From contig JAOUFN010000002.1 of the NCBI GenBank assembly GCA_029858285.1, positions 9,842 to 73,841 of the forward strand: a stretch of 64,000 nucleotides of DNA, read 5' to 3'. This DNA comes from Nitrospirota bacterium (GTDB lineage: Bacteria; Nitrospirota; JACRHL01). The notes under the pieces were generated by a model that was not told the DNA's origin, searched no databases, and was given only the letters and a program-made list of their open reading frames with translations. Within the stretch, counting starts at the first letter, position 1. The number at the start of each line of letters is the position of its first letter. The translations under genes and the position numbers were made by a program. Below, in pieces: positions 50,210 through 60,678 of this stretch.

Positions 50210-50475
50210 GATAAAGCGAATTTCCCTGGTCACGGTGCTCCGTTGTCCATCTCCGTTGTCCATCTCCACGCCCTGGCCACCCCCCGTCCACACCCGGACG
50301 GAAGCGCGGACATTTGCGGAAATCGCGATTGCGGGTAAAGTATCGCGAGCCGGTCACGCATGCCGACACACGCCGGTAATTGTACGGCAGGTCGGACGCA
50401 AGGTGACGCCGGAAGCGGAATCCATCACGGGACGGGGACACGGGATGGGGTTGCGGTGCGCGGCGAACGTGCAAG

Positions 50476-50534
50476 CGGTTCATGGCAACGGTTCATGGCA
50501 ACGGTTCATGGCAACGGTTCATGGCAACGGTTCA
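50476..50534 (+). repeat. 13-bp tandem repeat, 4.5 copies, immediately upstream of the pntA RBS
   Basis: CGGTTCATGGCAA starting at 50476, 50489, 50502, 50515, plus CGGTTCA. Confidence 0.97.
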
Positions 50535-50551
50535 CGGGAGGGGATTCAGGC

Positions 50552-51670
50552 ATGAAAATCGGCATACCCAAAGAGACCGCCCCCGGCGAGCGGCGCGTGG
50601 CCGCCACGCCCGACAGCGTCAAGCAGGCGGTGGGCAAGGGGCTCACCCTGCTGGTGGAACAGGGCGCGGGCACCGGCGCCGCCTATCCGGACGCCGCCTA
50701 CGCCAAAGCCGGTGCGCAGGTGGTGGACGCCGCCACCCTGTACCGCGACGCCGACGTGGTGTTCCGCGTGCAGCCGCCCAACGACGCGGAACTGGGGCAA
50801 CTGCGCTCCGGCACCGTGCTGATCGGCATGCTGTCTCCCCTCACCACCCCGGAGCGGGTGCCCCTTTACGCCCAAAAGGGCATCGCCGCCCTGGCCCTGG
50901 AACTGCTGCCGCGCATCACCCGCGCCCAAAGCATGGACGTGCTCTCGTCCCAGAGCAACATCGCAGGCTACAAGGCGGTGCTGCTGGCGGCGCACCACTA
51001 CGGGCGCATGTTCCCCATGATGATGACCGCCGCCGGCACGGTCACCCCGGCCAAGGTGCTGGTGCTGGGGGGCGGCGTGGCCGGATTGCAAGCCATCGCC
51101 ACCGCCCGGCGGCTGGGGGCGGTACCCACCGGCTACGACGTGCGCCCCGAGGTGCGCGAGCAGGTGGAAAGTCTGGGCGGCCGTTTTATCGCCGTGGAAC
51201 GCGAGGCCGCCACCGGCGCCACCGTGTATGCCAGCGAAATGGGTGACGACTACAAGGAAAAGGAGCGCGCCCTGCTCGCCACCCACGTGCCCCAGAGCGA
51301 CGTGGTCATCAGCACCGCCCTGATCCCCGGCCGCCCCGCGCCGCGCCTGGTGGACGAAGAGATGGTGCGCGGCATGCGCCCCGGTTCGGTGGTGGTGGAC
51401 CTGGCCGCCGCTTCCGGCGGCAACTGCGCCCTGAGCGTGGCCGATCAGGTGATCGAGCATCACGGCGTGACCATCCTCGGCCCCACCAATCTGGCGGCCC
51501 AGGTGCCCACCGACTCCAGCCACCTGTTCGCCCGCAACCTGATGACGTTCCTGCTGCCGCTCCTGGACAAGGAGGGCAAGCTCACCCTGAATACCGACGA
51601 CGAGGTCGTGGCCGGGTGCCTGCTCACCCGCGACGGCCAGGTGGTCCACCCGCGTTTCAAGGCCGGTTGA
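50552..51670 (+). CDS. pntAA: NAD(P) transhydrogenase subunit alpha, part 1
   Basis: [58 protein letters not shown]. Confidence 0.96.
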   Translation: MKIGIPKETAPGERRVAATPDSVKQAVGKGLTLLVEQGAGTGAAYPDAAYAKAGAQVVDAATLYRDADVVFRVQPPNDAELGQLRSGTVLIGMLSPLTTPERVPLYAQKGIAALALELLPRITRAQSMDVLSSQSNIAGYKAVLLAAHHYGRMFPMMMTAAGTVTPAKVLVLGGGVAGLQAIATARRLGAVPTGYDVRPEVREQVESLGGRFIAVEREAATGATVYASEMGDDYKEKERALLATHVPQSDVVISTALIPGRPAPRLVDEEMVRGMRPGSVVVDLAAASGGNCALSVADQVIEHHGVTILGPTNLAAQVPTDSSHLFARNLMTFLLPLLDKEGKLTLNTDDEVVAGCLLTRDGQVVHPRFKAG

Positions 51671-51692
51671 GAAGGCCAAGGAGGGCCGACAC

Positions 51693-52046
51693 ATGAGTGC
51701 TTTTTCCGAAAATCTTGCCCGGTTGACCCACGACGTGCCCGCCGCCGTCCCCCACGGTGCCCTGCCGTCGGCGTTCGTGATCGGTCTGACCGTGTTCGTG
51801 CTGGCGGTGTTCGTCGGCTACCACGTGGTGTGGAAGGTCACCCCGGCCCTGCACACTCCGCTGATGAGCGTCACCAACGCCATCAGCGCGGTGATCATCG
51901 TGGGCGCGCTGCTGGCCGCCGGACCTCATGAACTCAGTCTGGCCACGGTGCTGGGGCTGGTGGCGGTGGCCCTGGCCAGCGTCAACATGTTTGGCGGCTT
52001 TCTGGTCACCCAGCGCATGCTTGAAATGTTCAAGAAAAAGAAGTAG
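51693..52046 (+). CDS. pntAB: NAD(P) transhydrogenase subunit alpha, part 2
   Basis: [31 protein letters not shown]. Confidence 0.96.
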   Translation: MSAFSENLARLTHDVPAAVPHGALPSAFVIGLTVFVLAVFVGYHVVWKVTPALHTPLMSVTNAISAVIIVGALLAAGPHELSLATVLGLVAVALASVNMFGGFLVTQRMLEMFKKKK

Positions 52047-52122
52047 GCCCGTCCCGCCGTTCTTTCCCCATTTTCATCCACGGCCCGATAACCCCGATCA
52101 TCGGCAGCGGAGGTTTTTTTTC

Positions 52123-53514
52123 GTGTCCCAGAACGCCACCAGCCTTGCATACCTGACCGCCTCGGTCCTGTTCATCCTGTCCCTCAAGGGGCTGTCGTCC
52201 CCGGAAACCGCCCGGCGCGGCAACCTTGCGGGGATGCTGGGCATGGCCATCGCGGTGATCACCACCCTGCTCACTCCGGGTGTGGTCGGGTACGGCCCAA
52301 TCCTCGCCATGCTGGTGCTGGGCGGCACCATCGGCGCCGTGGTGGCGCGGCGCATTCCCATGACTTCCATGCCGGAACTGGTGGCGGCCATGCACTCCCT
52401 GGTGGGTCTGGCTGCGGTGCTGATCGCCGTGGCGGCCTACCTGAACCCCCATGAATACGGCATCGCCCTGCCTGGCGGCGGCATCGCCACCGGCAGCCTG
52501 GTGGAGATGGTGGTCGGCGCCTTTGTCGGCGCCATCACCTTCACCGGTTCGGTGGTGGCCTTCGGCAAGCTAAAGGGGACTTTTGGCAGCAACCCGTTGA
52601 TGTTCCATGGCCAGCACTTGCTGAACCTGCTGCTGGGGCTGACCATGGTCGGCACCACCATCTGGTTCTGCACCCACCCCTCTCTGGCCCCGTTTCTGGT
52701 GGTCATTGCCCTGGCGCTGGCGCTGGGGGTGCTGCTGATCATCCCCATCGGCGGCGCCGACATGCCGGTGATCGTCTCCATGCTCAACTCGTACTCCGGG
52801 TGGGCGGCGGCGGGCATCGGTTTTACCCTGGGCAACCACCTGCTGATCATCACCGGGGCGCTGGTGGGCAGTTCCGGCGCCATCCTGTCGTACATCATGT
52901 GCAAGGCCATGAACCGCTCCATCTGGAACGTGCTGTTCGGCGGCTTCGGCGCCGAGGTTGCCCCCAGCGCCCAGCAGGCCGCCGCCAGCAAGGGCGCCAA
53001 GAGCGGCAGCCCGGAGGACGCGGCGTTTTTGATGAAGAACGCCAGCAGCGTGATCATCATCCCCGGCTACGGCATGGCCGTGGGGCGCGCCCAGCACGCG
53101 GTAAAGGAAATGGCCGAACTGCTCGGCGAGGCCGGAGTCAAGGTGCGCTTTGCCATTCACCCGGTGGCGGGCCGCATGCCCGGCCACATGAACGTGCTGC
53201 TGGCAGAGGCCGAAGTACCCTATGACCAGGTGTTCGAAATGGAGGAGATCAATCGCGAATTCGTGGACTGCGACGTGGCGCTGGTGATCGGCGCCAACGA
53301 CGTGGTCAACCCCCTGGCGCGCACCGACCCCTCCAGCCCCATCCACGGCATGCCGATTCTGGACGCGGACCGCGCCAAGACGGTGATGGTGGTCAAACGC
53401 AGCCTGGCCCCCGGCTACGCGGGCATCGACAACCCCCTGTTCTACGCCGACAACACCCTGATGCTGTTCGGCGACGCCAAGCACATCGCCGAAGCCATCG
53501 TCCACTCCCTCTAG
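52123..53514 (+). CDS. pntB: NAD(P) transhydrogenase subunit beta
   Basis: GTG after CGGAGG; MPELVAAMHSLVG, SMLNSYSGW, PGYGMAV, HPVAGRMPGHMN, GANDVVNP, FGDAK. Confidence 0.97.
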   Translation: MSQNATSLAYLTASVLFILSLKGLSSPETARRGNLAGMLGMAIAVITTLLTPGVVGYGPILAMLVLGGTIGAVVARRIPMTSMPELVAAMHSLVGLAAVLIAVAAYLNPHEYGIALPGGGIATGSLVEMVVGAFVGAITFTGSVVAFGKLKGTFGSNPLMFHGQHLLNLLLGLTMVGTTIWFCTHPSLAPFLVVIALALALGVLLIIPIGGADMPVIVSMLNSYSGWAAAGIGFTLGNHLLIITGALVGSSGAILSYIMCKAMNRSIWNVLFGGFGAEVAPSAQQAAASKGAKSGSPEDAAFLMKNASSVIIIPGYGMAVGRAQHAVKEMAELLGEAGVKVRFAIHPVAGRMPGHMNVLLAEAEVPYDQVFEMEEINREFVDCDVALVIGANDVVNPLARTDPSSPIHGMPILDADRAKTVMVVKRSLAPGYAGIDNPLFYADNTLMLFGDAKHIAEAIVHSL

Positions 53515-54530
53515 CCGGGGAGCCCCCACGGGCGTATTCGCGGCGGGCACGGCCCGCAGCGGTATTCGCGTAAAACCCAGGGGGGGACGCCCCCCGGCGA
53601 TATTCGCGCAAAACCCGTGGCGCGGCCAGCTTCATCGCGAAACAATCCGCGCCTTTTTCTTCCGCTTTTTCCGTCCCCCTGCCAGTGTCACCGATCGACG
53701 ACAAACCATACGTGACGGCTATTCCAGCCGGTCTCACGTGGGACAAATCTAATCCATCACTTTCCGCATCACGTGCCGTGCGCACAGCACCTCCCTTTCC
53801 TCCCCATTGGGGGGGCGGGCACGGCCCGCAGCGGTATTCGCGCAAAACCCGTGGCGCGGCCAGCTTCATCGCGGCCGGGGAGCCCCGGCGGGCCTATTCG
53901 CGTAAAACCCGTGGCGCGGCCAGCTTCATCGCGAAACAATCCGCGCCTTTTTCTTCCGCTTTTTCCGTTCCCCTGCCAGTGTCACCGATCGACGACAAAC
54001 TATACGTGACGGCTATTCCAGCCGGTCTCACGCGGGACAAATCTAATCCATCACTTTCCGCATCACGTGCCGTGCGCACAGCACCTCCCTTTCCTCCCCA
54101 TTGGGGGGGGAAAGGGCTGGGGATAGGGGGGGCCGGAATTGACGTGGGAGGCAACCCGGACACGGGGGTGCTGGATCGCCGCCCCTTCTGCGCCCCCCGT
54201 CACGGCCCCGTTCATCGCGGCCGGGGAGCCCCGGCGGGCGGCGGGCACGGCCCGCAGCGGTATTCGCGTAAAACCCGTGGCGCGGCCAGCTTCATCGCGA
54301 ACCGGGCCGCGTCTTTTCTTCCGCCCCCCGCAAGGGCAACGCAAGGGGCTGAACGCCGCTTCTGCGCCCTTGAAAGGGTCTTTCGCCAATGCGGTGGGGA
54401 CGGGGGCGAAAACCGCATATTCGCCCCCTGAAAGGGCCGCAATCGGTTTTGCCCCTGCGGCGGGCACGGCTCGTTTCGCGATGAACGCGGACCCACCACG
54501 GGTTTTACGCGAATACCGCCGGGAACCCCG
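53512..54530 (+). repeat. Left modular REP/REPIN-like array containing two copies of a long conserved core
   Basis: 39-bp unit TATTCGCGYAAAACCCGTGGCGCGGCCAGCTTCATCGCG at 53601, 53835, 53895, 54261 (inverted variant near 54475); long modules 53601-53815 and 53895-54155; small GC hairpins between. Confidence 0.95.
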
Positions 54531-54583
54531 CCACCCGCCACTGCTGCTGGACACGTTCGGGTGTGCTCGCATAGGATTGGGCG

Positions 54584-55156
54584 ATGCGGTCCCTGTACCC
54601 CACCCCCCCCCTTCGACCGCGCCGGGCACCCGTCTGGCTGAGCGCGGGGCTGGGCCTTCTGCTGGCGGGATGCAGCGGCTGGCAGCCGGTGACGGATCCC
54701 TCCCGCACCCTGTCCAGCGACCATTACGGCTCCAGCCAGTTGGCCGGCTCCCTGATGGTCACCGTGCGCCTGGTGGGATGGCGCGAACCGGCTCCCTCCC
54801 GCTTGCAGGAGTACGTAACACCCATCTACCTTCAGGTACGTAACGGCGGCGCGGCCACCGCACATTTTTCCCCCGAGGACGTGGTGCTGGTGGACGACGA
54901 GGGGACGCTCTTTCGGGCCATTTCTCCGGAGCGGCTGGAGGCGCTGGTGGGCGGTCGGGGCGGCGCCGAGTTTCAGGGCGCCGGGGGGGATGACCTGGGC
55001 GCCACCCTGGCGGCGCTGACCGCCGGAGACATTACCCCCAACACCCAGGTGCGGGGTGCGGTCTATTTTGCCCGTGGCGCCGCTTTCACCCGCACCATGA
55101 CGGTACGGGTGCCGGTGCAGGGCGAAACCCTCGAATTCCGGTTCCGTGCCCGCTGA
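54584..55156 (+). CDS. Hypothetical lipoprotein
   Basis: Lipobox LLLAG-C; beta-rich mature domain; stop overlaps the ppx start. Confidence 0.75.
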   Translation: MRSLYPTPPLRPRRAPVWLSAGLGLLLAGCSGWQPVTDPSRTLSSDHYGSSQLAGSLMVTVRLVGWREPAPSRLQEYVTPIYLQVRNGGAATAHFSPEDVVLVDDEGTLFRAISPERLEALVGGRGGAEFQGAGGDDLGATLAALTAGDITPNTQVRGAVYFARGAAFTRTMTVRVPVQGETLEFRFRAR

Positions 55157-56108
55157 TCTGATCCGCCTTACCCCTCCACGCAGTGGCCGGGTGGCGGCGG
55201 TGGACGTGGGCACCAACACCATCCGCCTGCTGGTGGCGGAGGTGGACGAGCGCAACGCCATCCGCGTGGAGGTGTCGGGCCGCGCCATGGCCCGGTTGGG
55301 AGAGGGGCTGGCGGCCAGCGGCAAACTGTCGCCCGCAGCCATGGAGCGCGCCCTGCGCACCCTGGGGGAATTTGCCGGACAGATTCGCGACGCCGCCCCG
55401 CAAGGAGTGGTGGCCGCCGCCACCAGCGCGGTGCGCGAGGCCGAAAACGGCGCGGAATTCGTCGATCGGGTGCGGCGCGAGACCGGCCTGCAACTGAACA
55501 TCATCTCCGGCGAGGAGGAAGCCCGCCTTACCGCACTGGGGGCCGCCTCGGTGCTGAACGGCGATGTGCGCAACCTGCTCATCGTGGACATCGGCGGCGG
55601 CAGCACCGAATTCATTCTGATCCGCTCCGGGGAGCAACGGGCGCGGGTTTCCACCACCATGGGGGTGGTCACCGGCAGCGAACGTTTTTTGCGCTCCGAC
55701 CCACCCCACGCGGCAGAGCTGTACGATCTGGACGAGTTCATCCGCGACCACATGCGCCGCGTGCGCGCGGAACTGGGCGAGGTGGGGCAGGTGCGGCTGG
55801 TGGCCACTGCCGGAACCCCCACCACCCTGGCCGCCATGGACCAGCAAATGGCCGAGTACGATCCGGCGCGCATCAACAACCATGTGTTGCCCCTGGCGCG
55901 GGTGGAAGAGATGTTCGACCACATCGTACGCGCCCCCATCGCCGAACGCTCCCGCATGATCGGCATCGAGCCGGGCCGCGAGGAGCTGATGGTGGTGGGC
56001 TGCTGCATCCTGCTTCGGGTGATGCACGATTTCCAGTTCGGCGCCGTGGCCGTGAGCGATTACGGCCTGCGCGAAGGGCTGGCCCTCGACCTCTTCCATC
56101 GCCTCTGA
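55146..56108 (+). CDS. ppx: Ppx/GppA family phosphatase (short form)
   Basis: AVDVGTNTIRL, ARLGEG, ATSAVREAENG, ISGEEEA, DIGGGSTE, YGLREG. Confidence 0.92.
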   Translation: MPADLIRLTPPRSGRVAAVDVGTNTIRLLVAEVDERNAIRVEVSGRAMARLGEGLAASGKLSPAAMERALRTLGEFAGQIRDAAPQGVVAAATSAVREAENGAEFVDRVRRETGLQLNIISGEEEARLTALGAASVLNGDVRNLLIVDIGGGSTEFILIRSGEQRARVSTTMGVVTGSERFLRSDPPHAAELYDLDEFIRDHMRRVRAELGEVGQVRLVATAGTPTTLAAMDQQMAEYDPARINNHVLPLARVEEMFDHIVRAPIAERSRMIGIEPGREELMVVGCCILLRVMHDFQFGAVAVSDYGLREGLALDLFHRL

Positions 56109-56968
56109 CCGGCGGAGGGCGCCCCCCGGCGGAATTTGTGGAGGGCAGAGCCGGGGCGCTCCCCGGCCCGGCACCCCCACGCCCGCGTTGCCTCCCACGT
56201 CGATTCCGGCCCCCCCTATCCCCAGCCCTTTCCCCCCCCAATGGGGAGGAAAGGGAGGTGCTGTGCGCACGGCACGTGATGCGGAAAGTGATGGATTAGA
56301 TTTGTCCCGCGTGAGACCGGCTGGAATAGCCGTCACGTATGGTTTGTCGTCGAGCGGTGACACTGGCAGGGGGACGGAAGAAAACGGAAGAAAAGACGCG
56401 GCCAGATTCGCGATGGACGGGGCCGCGCCATATGTTTTACGCGAATATGCCCGCCGGGGCTCCCCGGCCCCGTACCCCCGTTTCCGCGTTGCCTCCCACG
56501 TCGATTCCGGCCCCCCCTATCCCCAGCCCTTTCCCCCCCAACGGGGGGGAAAGGGAGGTGCTGTGCGCACGGCACGTGATGCGGAAAGTGACTGATCGGA
56601 TTTGTCCCGCGTGGGACCGGCTGGAATAGCCGTCACGTATAGTTTGTCGTCGATCGGTGACACTGGCAGGGGGACGGAAAAAGCGGAAGAAAAAGGCGCG
56701 GCCGGATTCGCGATGGACGGGGCCGTGCCACGGGTTTTACGCGAATACCGCTGCGGGCCGTGCCCGCCGCCTGCCGGGGCTCCCCGGCCGCGATGAAGCT
56801 GGCCGCGCCACGGGTTTTGCGCGAATACCGCCGGGGGGCGTCCCCCCCTGGGTTTTACGCGAATACGCCCGCCGGGGCTCCCCGGCCGCGATGGACGGGG
56901 CCGTGCCACGGGTTTTACGCGAATACCGCTGCGGGCCGTGCCCGCCGCCCGCCGGGGCTTCCCGGCTA
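56109..56968 (-). repeat. Right modular REP/REPIN-like array, inverted relative to the left array
   Basis: Long modules 56187-56447 and 56488-56748 (301-bp period); 39-bp units near 56408, 56708, 56790, 56888; terminal GGGGCTTCCCGGCTA. Confidence 0.95.
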
Positions 56969-56975
56969 TGCCCCC

Positions 56976-59549
56976 TTAACCGATGGCGCCCCAACTGAGA
57001 TGATCGCGCCAGCGTTCGGCCACGGTGCGGCGCAGGGGGGCGTGATGGGGGCGGGACAGATCGGGATCGGCGGCCAGCAGGGTGACGGCGGCCTGTCTGG
57101 CTTCGGCCAGCAGGGGGGCATCCTTGATGAGATTGGCCACCTTGAGCTCCGGCAAACCCGACTGGCGACGCCCGAACAATTCACCGGGGCCGCGAATTTC
57201 CAGATCGCGCTCGGCGATGACAAAGCCGTCTTCGGATTCCACCACGGCCTTGAGGCGTGCGCGCCCGTCGCGAGACACCGCGTGGGACGCCACCAGCAGG
57301 CACTCCCCCTGCCAGGCGCCGCGCCCCACCCGGCCGCGCAACTGATGCAACTGGGACAGGCCAAAACGCTCGGCGTGCTCCACCACCATCACGGTGGCTT
57401 CGGCCACATCCACGCCCACCTCCACCACTGTGGTGGTGACCAGCACCTGGATCTTTCCGGCGGCAAAATCGGCCATGATGCGGCTCTTGTCGTCGCTGCC
57501 CATGCGCCCGTGCAGCAGGGTCAGGGACAGTCCGGCCAACGCGCCGTGCTGCAATTCCTCAATGGCCCCGGTGGCGGCGCGCAGGTCGGATTTTTCCGAC
57601 TCCTCCACCAGCGGATGCACCACATAGGCGCGCCGCCCCTTTTCCACCGCGCGCCGCAGGCGGGCGTAAACCTGCTCCCGGTGGGTAGCGGAATAGAGGC
57701 GGGTGCGCACCGGGGAACGGCCCGGCGGCAACTGGTCGATCACCGACAGGTCCAGGTCGCCGTAGACGGTCATGGCCAGACTGCGGGGGATGGGGGTGGC
57801 GGTCATGGTCAGGGTGTGGGGAAACAACCCCTTGGCGCCGATCTGGGCCCGCTGGCGCACACCGAACCGATGTTGCTCGTCCACCACGGCCACCCCCAGC
57901 CGATGGAAGGCGACCTTTTCCTGAATCAGCGCCTGGGTACCGACCACCATGGGCACACTGCCGTCGGCCACGGCGGCGAGGGTGGCGGCGCGACCGGCGC
58001 GGGCGCCGCCGGTGAGCAGCACGATGGGCACCCCGAGTGGCGCCAGCAGCGCCCCCAGCTTGCGATAATGCTGCTCGGCGAGCACCTCGGTGGGGGCCAT
58101 CAACGCCCCCTGAAAGCCGTTGTCCACCGCCCGCAGCAGGGCCATCAGCGCCACCACCGTCTTGCCGCACCCCACATCGCCCTGCACCAGCCGGTGCATG
58201 GGGGTGTCTCGCGACAGGTCCCTGAAAATCTCCGCCAGTACCCGCTCCTGGGCGGCGGTGAGGGCAAATGGCAGGGTTTCGCGCAGGCGCGTCTCCAGCG
58301 CACCGGGGCGGTCGGCCAGGAGCACCCGCGTATGGCGACGGCGCACCGTCTGGCGGCGCAGTCCCAGCCCCACCTGCAGGCAAAAAAACTCTTCGAAGGC
58401 AAAGCGCCGGGTGGCCAGGGTGGCGTCCGCCAGCCGCGCCGGGCGGTGCACGTCGCGGAACGCCTGGCTGCGTTCCGGCAGGCCGAGGGTTGCACGCAGA
58501 TCCGCCGGCAGGGGGTCTTCCAGGCGCACGGCCTCCAGGGCTTTGGCCACCCAGGTGCGCAACTGGCGGGAGGTGAGCCCCTCGGTGACCGGGTAGACCG
58601 CCACCACCCGGCCGGTATGGAGTTTTTCCTCGCCGGATTCCCACGGTTCACACTCCGGGTTCTCCAGCACCGGCCCTCCCGTGAAGCGGTCGAACACCAC
58701 GCGGCCGGAGAACAGGTACTGGTTTCCGGTCTGGATGCGGCGTGCCTGAAACGGCTGGTTGAACCAGCGCGCCACCACCATCCCGCCCAGCGGGGAGCCG
58801 TCGCTGATGGCGGCCTCGAAGATGCGCATGCGGCGGCGCGGCGTGGTCTTGAGTTCCGTGTCCACCACCGTGCCGCGCACCGTGGCGGCGCTGCCGTGGG
58901 ACAGTTCCGACACGTTCTGGATGTGGCTGCGATCCTCGTAGCGGGACGGCAGATGCAGCAACAGGTCCTCGATGCTGCGGATGCCCAGCCGTTCCAGCAG
59001 CAGGGCGCGGCGCTCGCCGACCCCCGGCAGGTAACGCACCGGGCTGTCGGTGCCCAGCACCTCGGGCGCCTTGTCGGCGGCGGGCGCCGGATGCGAGAGC
59101 ACGGTGGCGGACGGGACGGCGGACCCGGCGGCGACCTTGGGGCTGGATTTGGGGCCGGATTTGGGGGCAGACCGGGGGACAGAGGCAGCGGCGGACGCGG
59201 CGGCGATCTGCGTTCCGGCGCCAGACGCCTCCGCCACGGCACAGATGCCGTCCAGCACCGCCTTCAGGCAGGTGCGGCGGGCGGCGGCGTCCTGGCTGTC
59301 CCATGTGGACAGGGCGTCCAGCCATGCGGCGGCGCGAGCGTGTTCTGCGCTGCCCCCGGGAAAGGTCTCGCGCCACGCGCCGAGCCTGGCGCGCACCAGA
59401 TCGGCCAGCCCGCGGATACGGTCGAGGGGGGCGCCGGTGCGGGTGGCAAAGGTAAGGGGGCCGATCAGGTCCGCCAGCGGTCCAGGGACCGAGGCGCTAC
59501 CAGGGGAAGTGGCGGGGCCAGTGCCGGGTTTGGCGGTGGGACGTTTCAC
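56976..59549 (-). CDS. recG: ATP-dependent DNA helicase RecG with a Pro/Ala-rich N-terminal extension
   Basis: QGDVGCGKT, APTEVLAEQH, VDEQHRFG, MTATPIPR, LSQLHQLRGRVGRG, RGPGE; start approximate. Confidence 0.95.
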   Translation of the reverse strand: MKRPTAKPGTGPATSPGSASVPGPLADLIGPLTFATRTGAPLDRIRGLADLVRARLGAWRETFPGGSAEHARAAAWLDALSTWDSQDAAARRTCLKAVLDGICAVAEASGAGTQIAAASAAASVPRSAPKSGPKSSPKVAAGSAVPSATVLSHPAPAADKAPEVLGTDSPVRYLPGVGERRALLLERLGIRSIEDLLLHLPSRYEDRSHIQNVSELSHGSAATVRGTVVDTELKTTPRRRMRIFEAAISDGSPLGGMVVARWFNQPFQARRIQTGNQYLFSGRVVFDRFTGGPVLENPECEPWESGEEKLHTGRVVAVYPVTEGLTSRQLRTWVAKALEAVRLEDPLPADLRATLGLPERSQAFRDVHRPARLADATLATRRFAFEEFFCLQVGLGLRRQTVRRRHTRVLLADRPGALETRLRETLPFALTAAQERVLAEIFRDLSRDTPMHRLVQGDVGCGKTVVALMALLRAVDNGFQGALMAPTEVLAEQHYRKLGALLAPLGVPIVLLTGGARAGRAATLAAVADGSVPMVVGTQALIQEKVAFHRLGVAVVDEQHRFGVRQRAQIGAKGLFPHTLTMTATPIPRSLAMTVYGDLDLSVIDQLPPGRSPVRTRLYSATHREQVYARLRRAVEKGRRAYVVHPLVEESEKSDLRAATGAIEELQHGALAGLSLTLLHGRMGSDDKSRIMADFAAGKIQVLVTTTVVEVGVDVAEATVMVVEHAERFGLSQLHQLRGRVGRGAWQGECLLVASHAVSRDGRARLKAVVESEDGFVIAERDLEIRGPGELFGRRQSGLPELKVANLIKDAPLLAEARQAAVTLLAADPDLSRPHHAPLRRTVAERWRDHLSWGAIG

Positions 59550-59839
59550 GGGCGGTCCGTGCGGACAACGCCCGGAATATTCCCGGAAATGTTCCCGGAA
59601 ATGTTCCGGTGAAGGGCACCCGCAAGACCCTTGTGGGCAGAAATCCGTTCTGGTATCATACTCGGCCCGTGCGGTTTTTTGCCGTCCCCCCCGCATTCCC
59701 ACATGCTGGCGCCCCGCGCGGGGACGCCTTGCCTGGCAGGGATTGACGGCGAGGGGGCATGGGGTTCGCGGGTGTGCAGCAGTTGCAGCGACCGCGTACG
59801 CAAGGGTTTCCGCGAGTTTTTTTTCCGGGAGAGTTTCCG

Positions 59840-60031
59840 ATGGCTAACGTCTGTGGGTACTGTGGCAAGGGCCGGATGTCCGGCAACAACGTGAGCCACT
59901 CCAACCGTCACACCAAGCGCGTGTTCCGCCCCAACGTTCAGGGCATGCGTGCGCTCATCAACGGTGTGGCCAAGCGCGTCAAGGTGTGCACCCGCTGCCT
60001 GCGCTCGGGCAAGGTTCAAAAGCCCTGCTGA
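59840..60031 (+). CDS. rpmB: 50S ribosomal protein L28 (Cys-containing type)
   Basis: [27 protein letters not shown]. Confidence 0.96.
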   Translation: MANVCGYCGKGRMSGNNVSHSNRHTKRVFRPNVQGMRALINGVAKRVKVCTRCLRSGKVQKPC

Positions 60032-60231
60032 CCACCGCCCGCCGCCGTTTCTGGCGGCCCGGCACCACCACGACCCGCCCGACCGCCTGACAACCCGGCG
60101 GCCACGCCGTTCGCTGGCCGCCCCGTGCGCCCCACGCGCCCCGGCGCCGTGCGGGGCCCCTCCAGACACCCGACTCCGACTCCGGCGCATGGACACCCCC
60201 TCGTCGTTCCGCACGCCCCGGGGCCGTACCT

Positions 60232-60678
60232 TCAAGACTTCTTTTTCGGCCGTACCACCAATACCGGGCACGGCGCCCCCTGCACCACCCGCTCGGCGGT
60301 GCTGCCAATGGCCTCGTAGGACAGCCCGGTGCGCCCGTGGGTGCCCATCACCACCAGATCGGCGCCGATCTCCTGGGCGGTTTCGACAATCGCCCGCCAC
60401 GGTTTGCCCTGGGCCACCCGGCTCTCCACCTTCACCCCCTGCTCCTTGCCGCTGTCCACCAGTTCCTTGAGCTTGAGGCGCGAGGCAATGTCGTGCTGCG
60501 CTTCCAGTTCGGTGACGCTGGGGATCAGCCCCACCACCCCGTAGTGGGACATTACCGGCTCGGCAACGTAGAGCAACATCAGGCGGGCGCCACACAGCTT
60601 GGCAAGGGCGGCGGCGTGTTGCCACACCCGCTCGGAAGGCTCGGAAAAATCGGTGGGGACCAGAATCGTCTGATACAT
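60232..60678 (-). CDS. Universal stress protein
   Basis: ILVPTDFS, ADLVVMGTHGRTG, GSTAERVV..APCPVLVV. Confidence 0.93.
   Translation of the reverse strand: MYQTILVPTDFSEPSERVWQHAAALAKLCGARLMLLYVAEPVMSHYGVVGLIPSVTELEAQHDIASRLKLKELVDSGKEQGVKVESRVAQGKPWRAIVETAQEIGADLVVMGTHGRTGLSYEAIGSTAERVVQGAPCPVLVVRPKKKS

Noticed and set aside
53601-54299. 39-bp repeated unit as a CRISPR direct repeat
   Set aside because: Intervening sequences are irregular in length and are themselves repeated modules rather than unique spacers; copies occur in both orientations
53393-54431. ORFs running through the repeat arrays (53393-53869, 53685-54431, 56188-56595 and others)
   Set aside because: Open in several frames on both strands, no RBS, and one copy is interrupted by a stop; by-products of the repeats
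56263-56400. GTGCGCACGGCACG after a hairpin, resembling a group IIC intron 5' end
   Set aside because: No proper domain V/VI, no RT ORF, and the GTGCG is explained by the 18-bp palindrome
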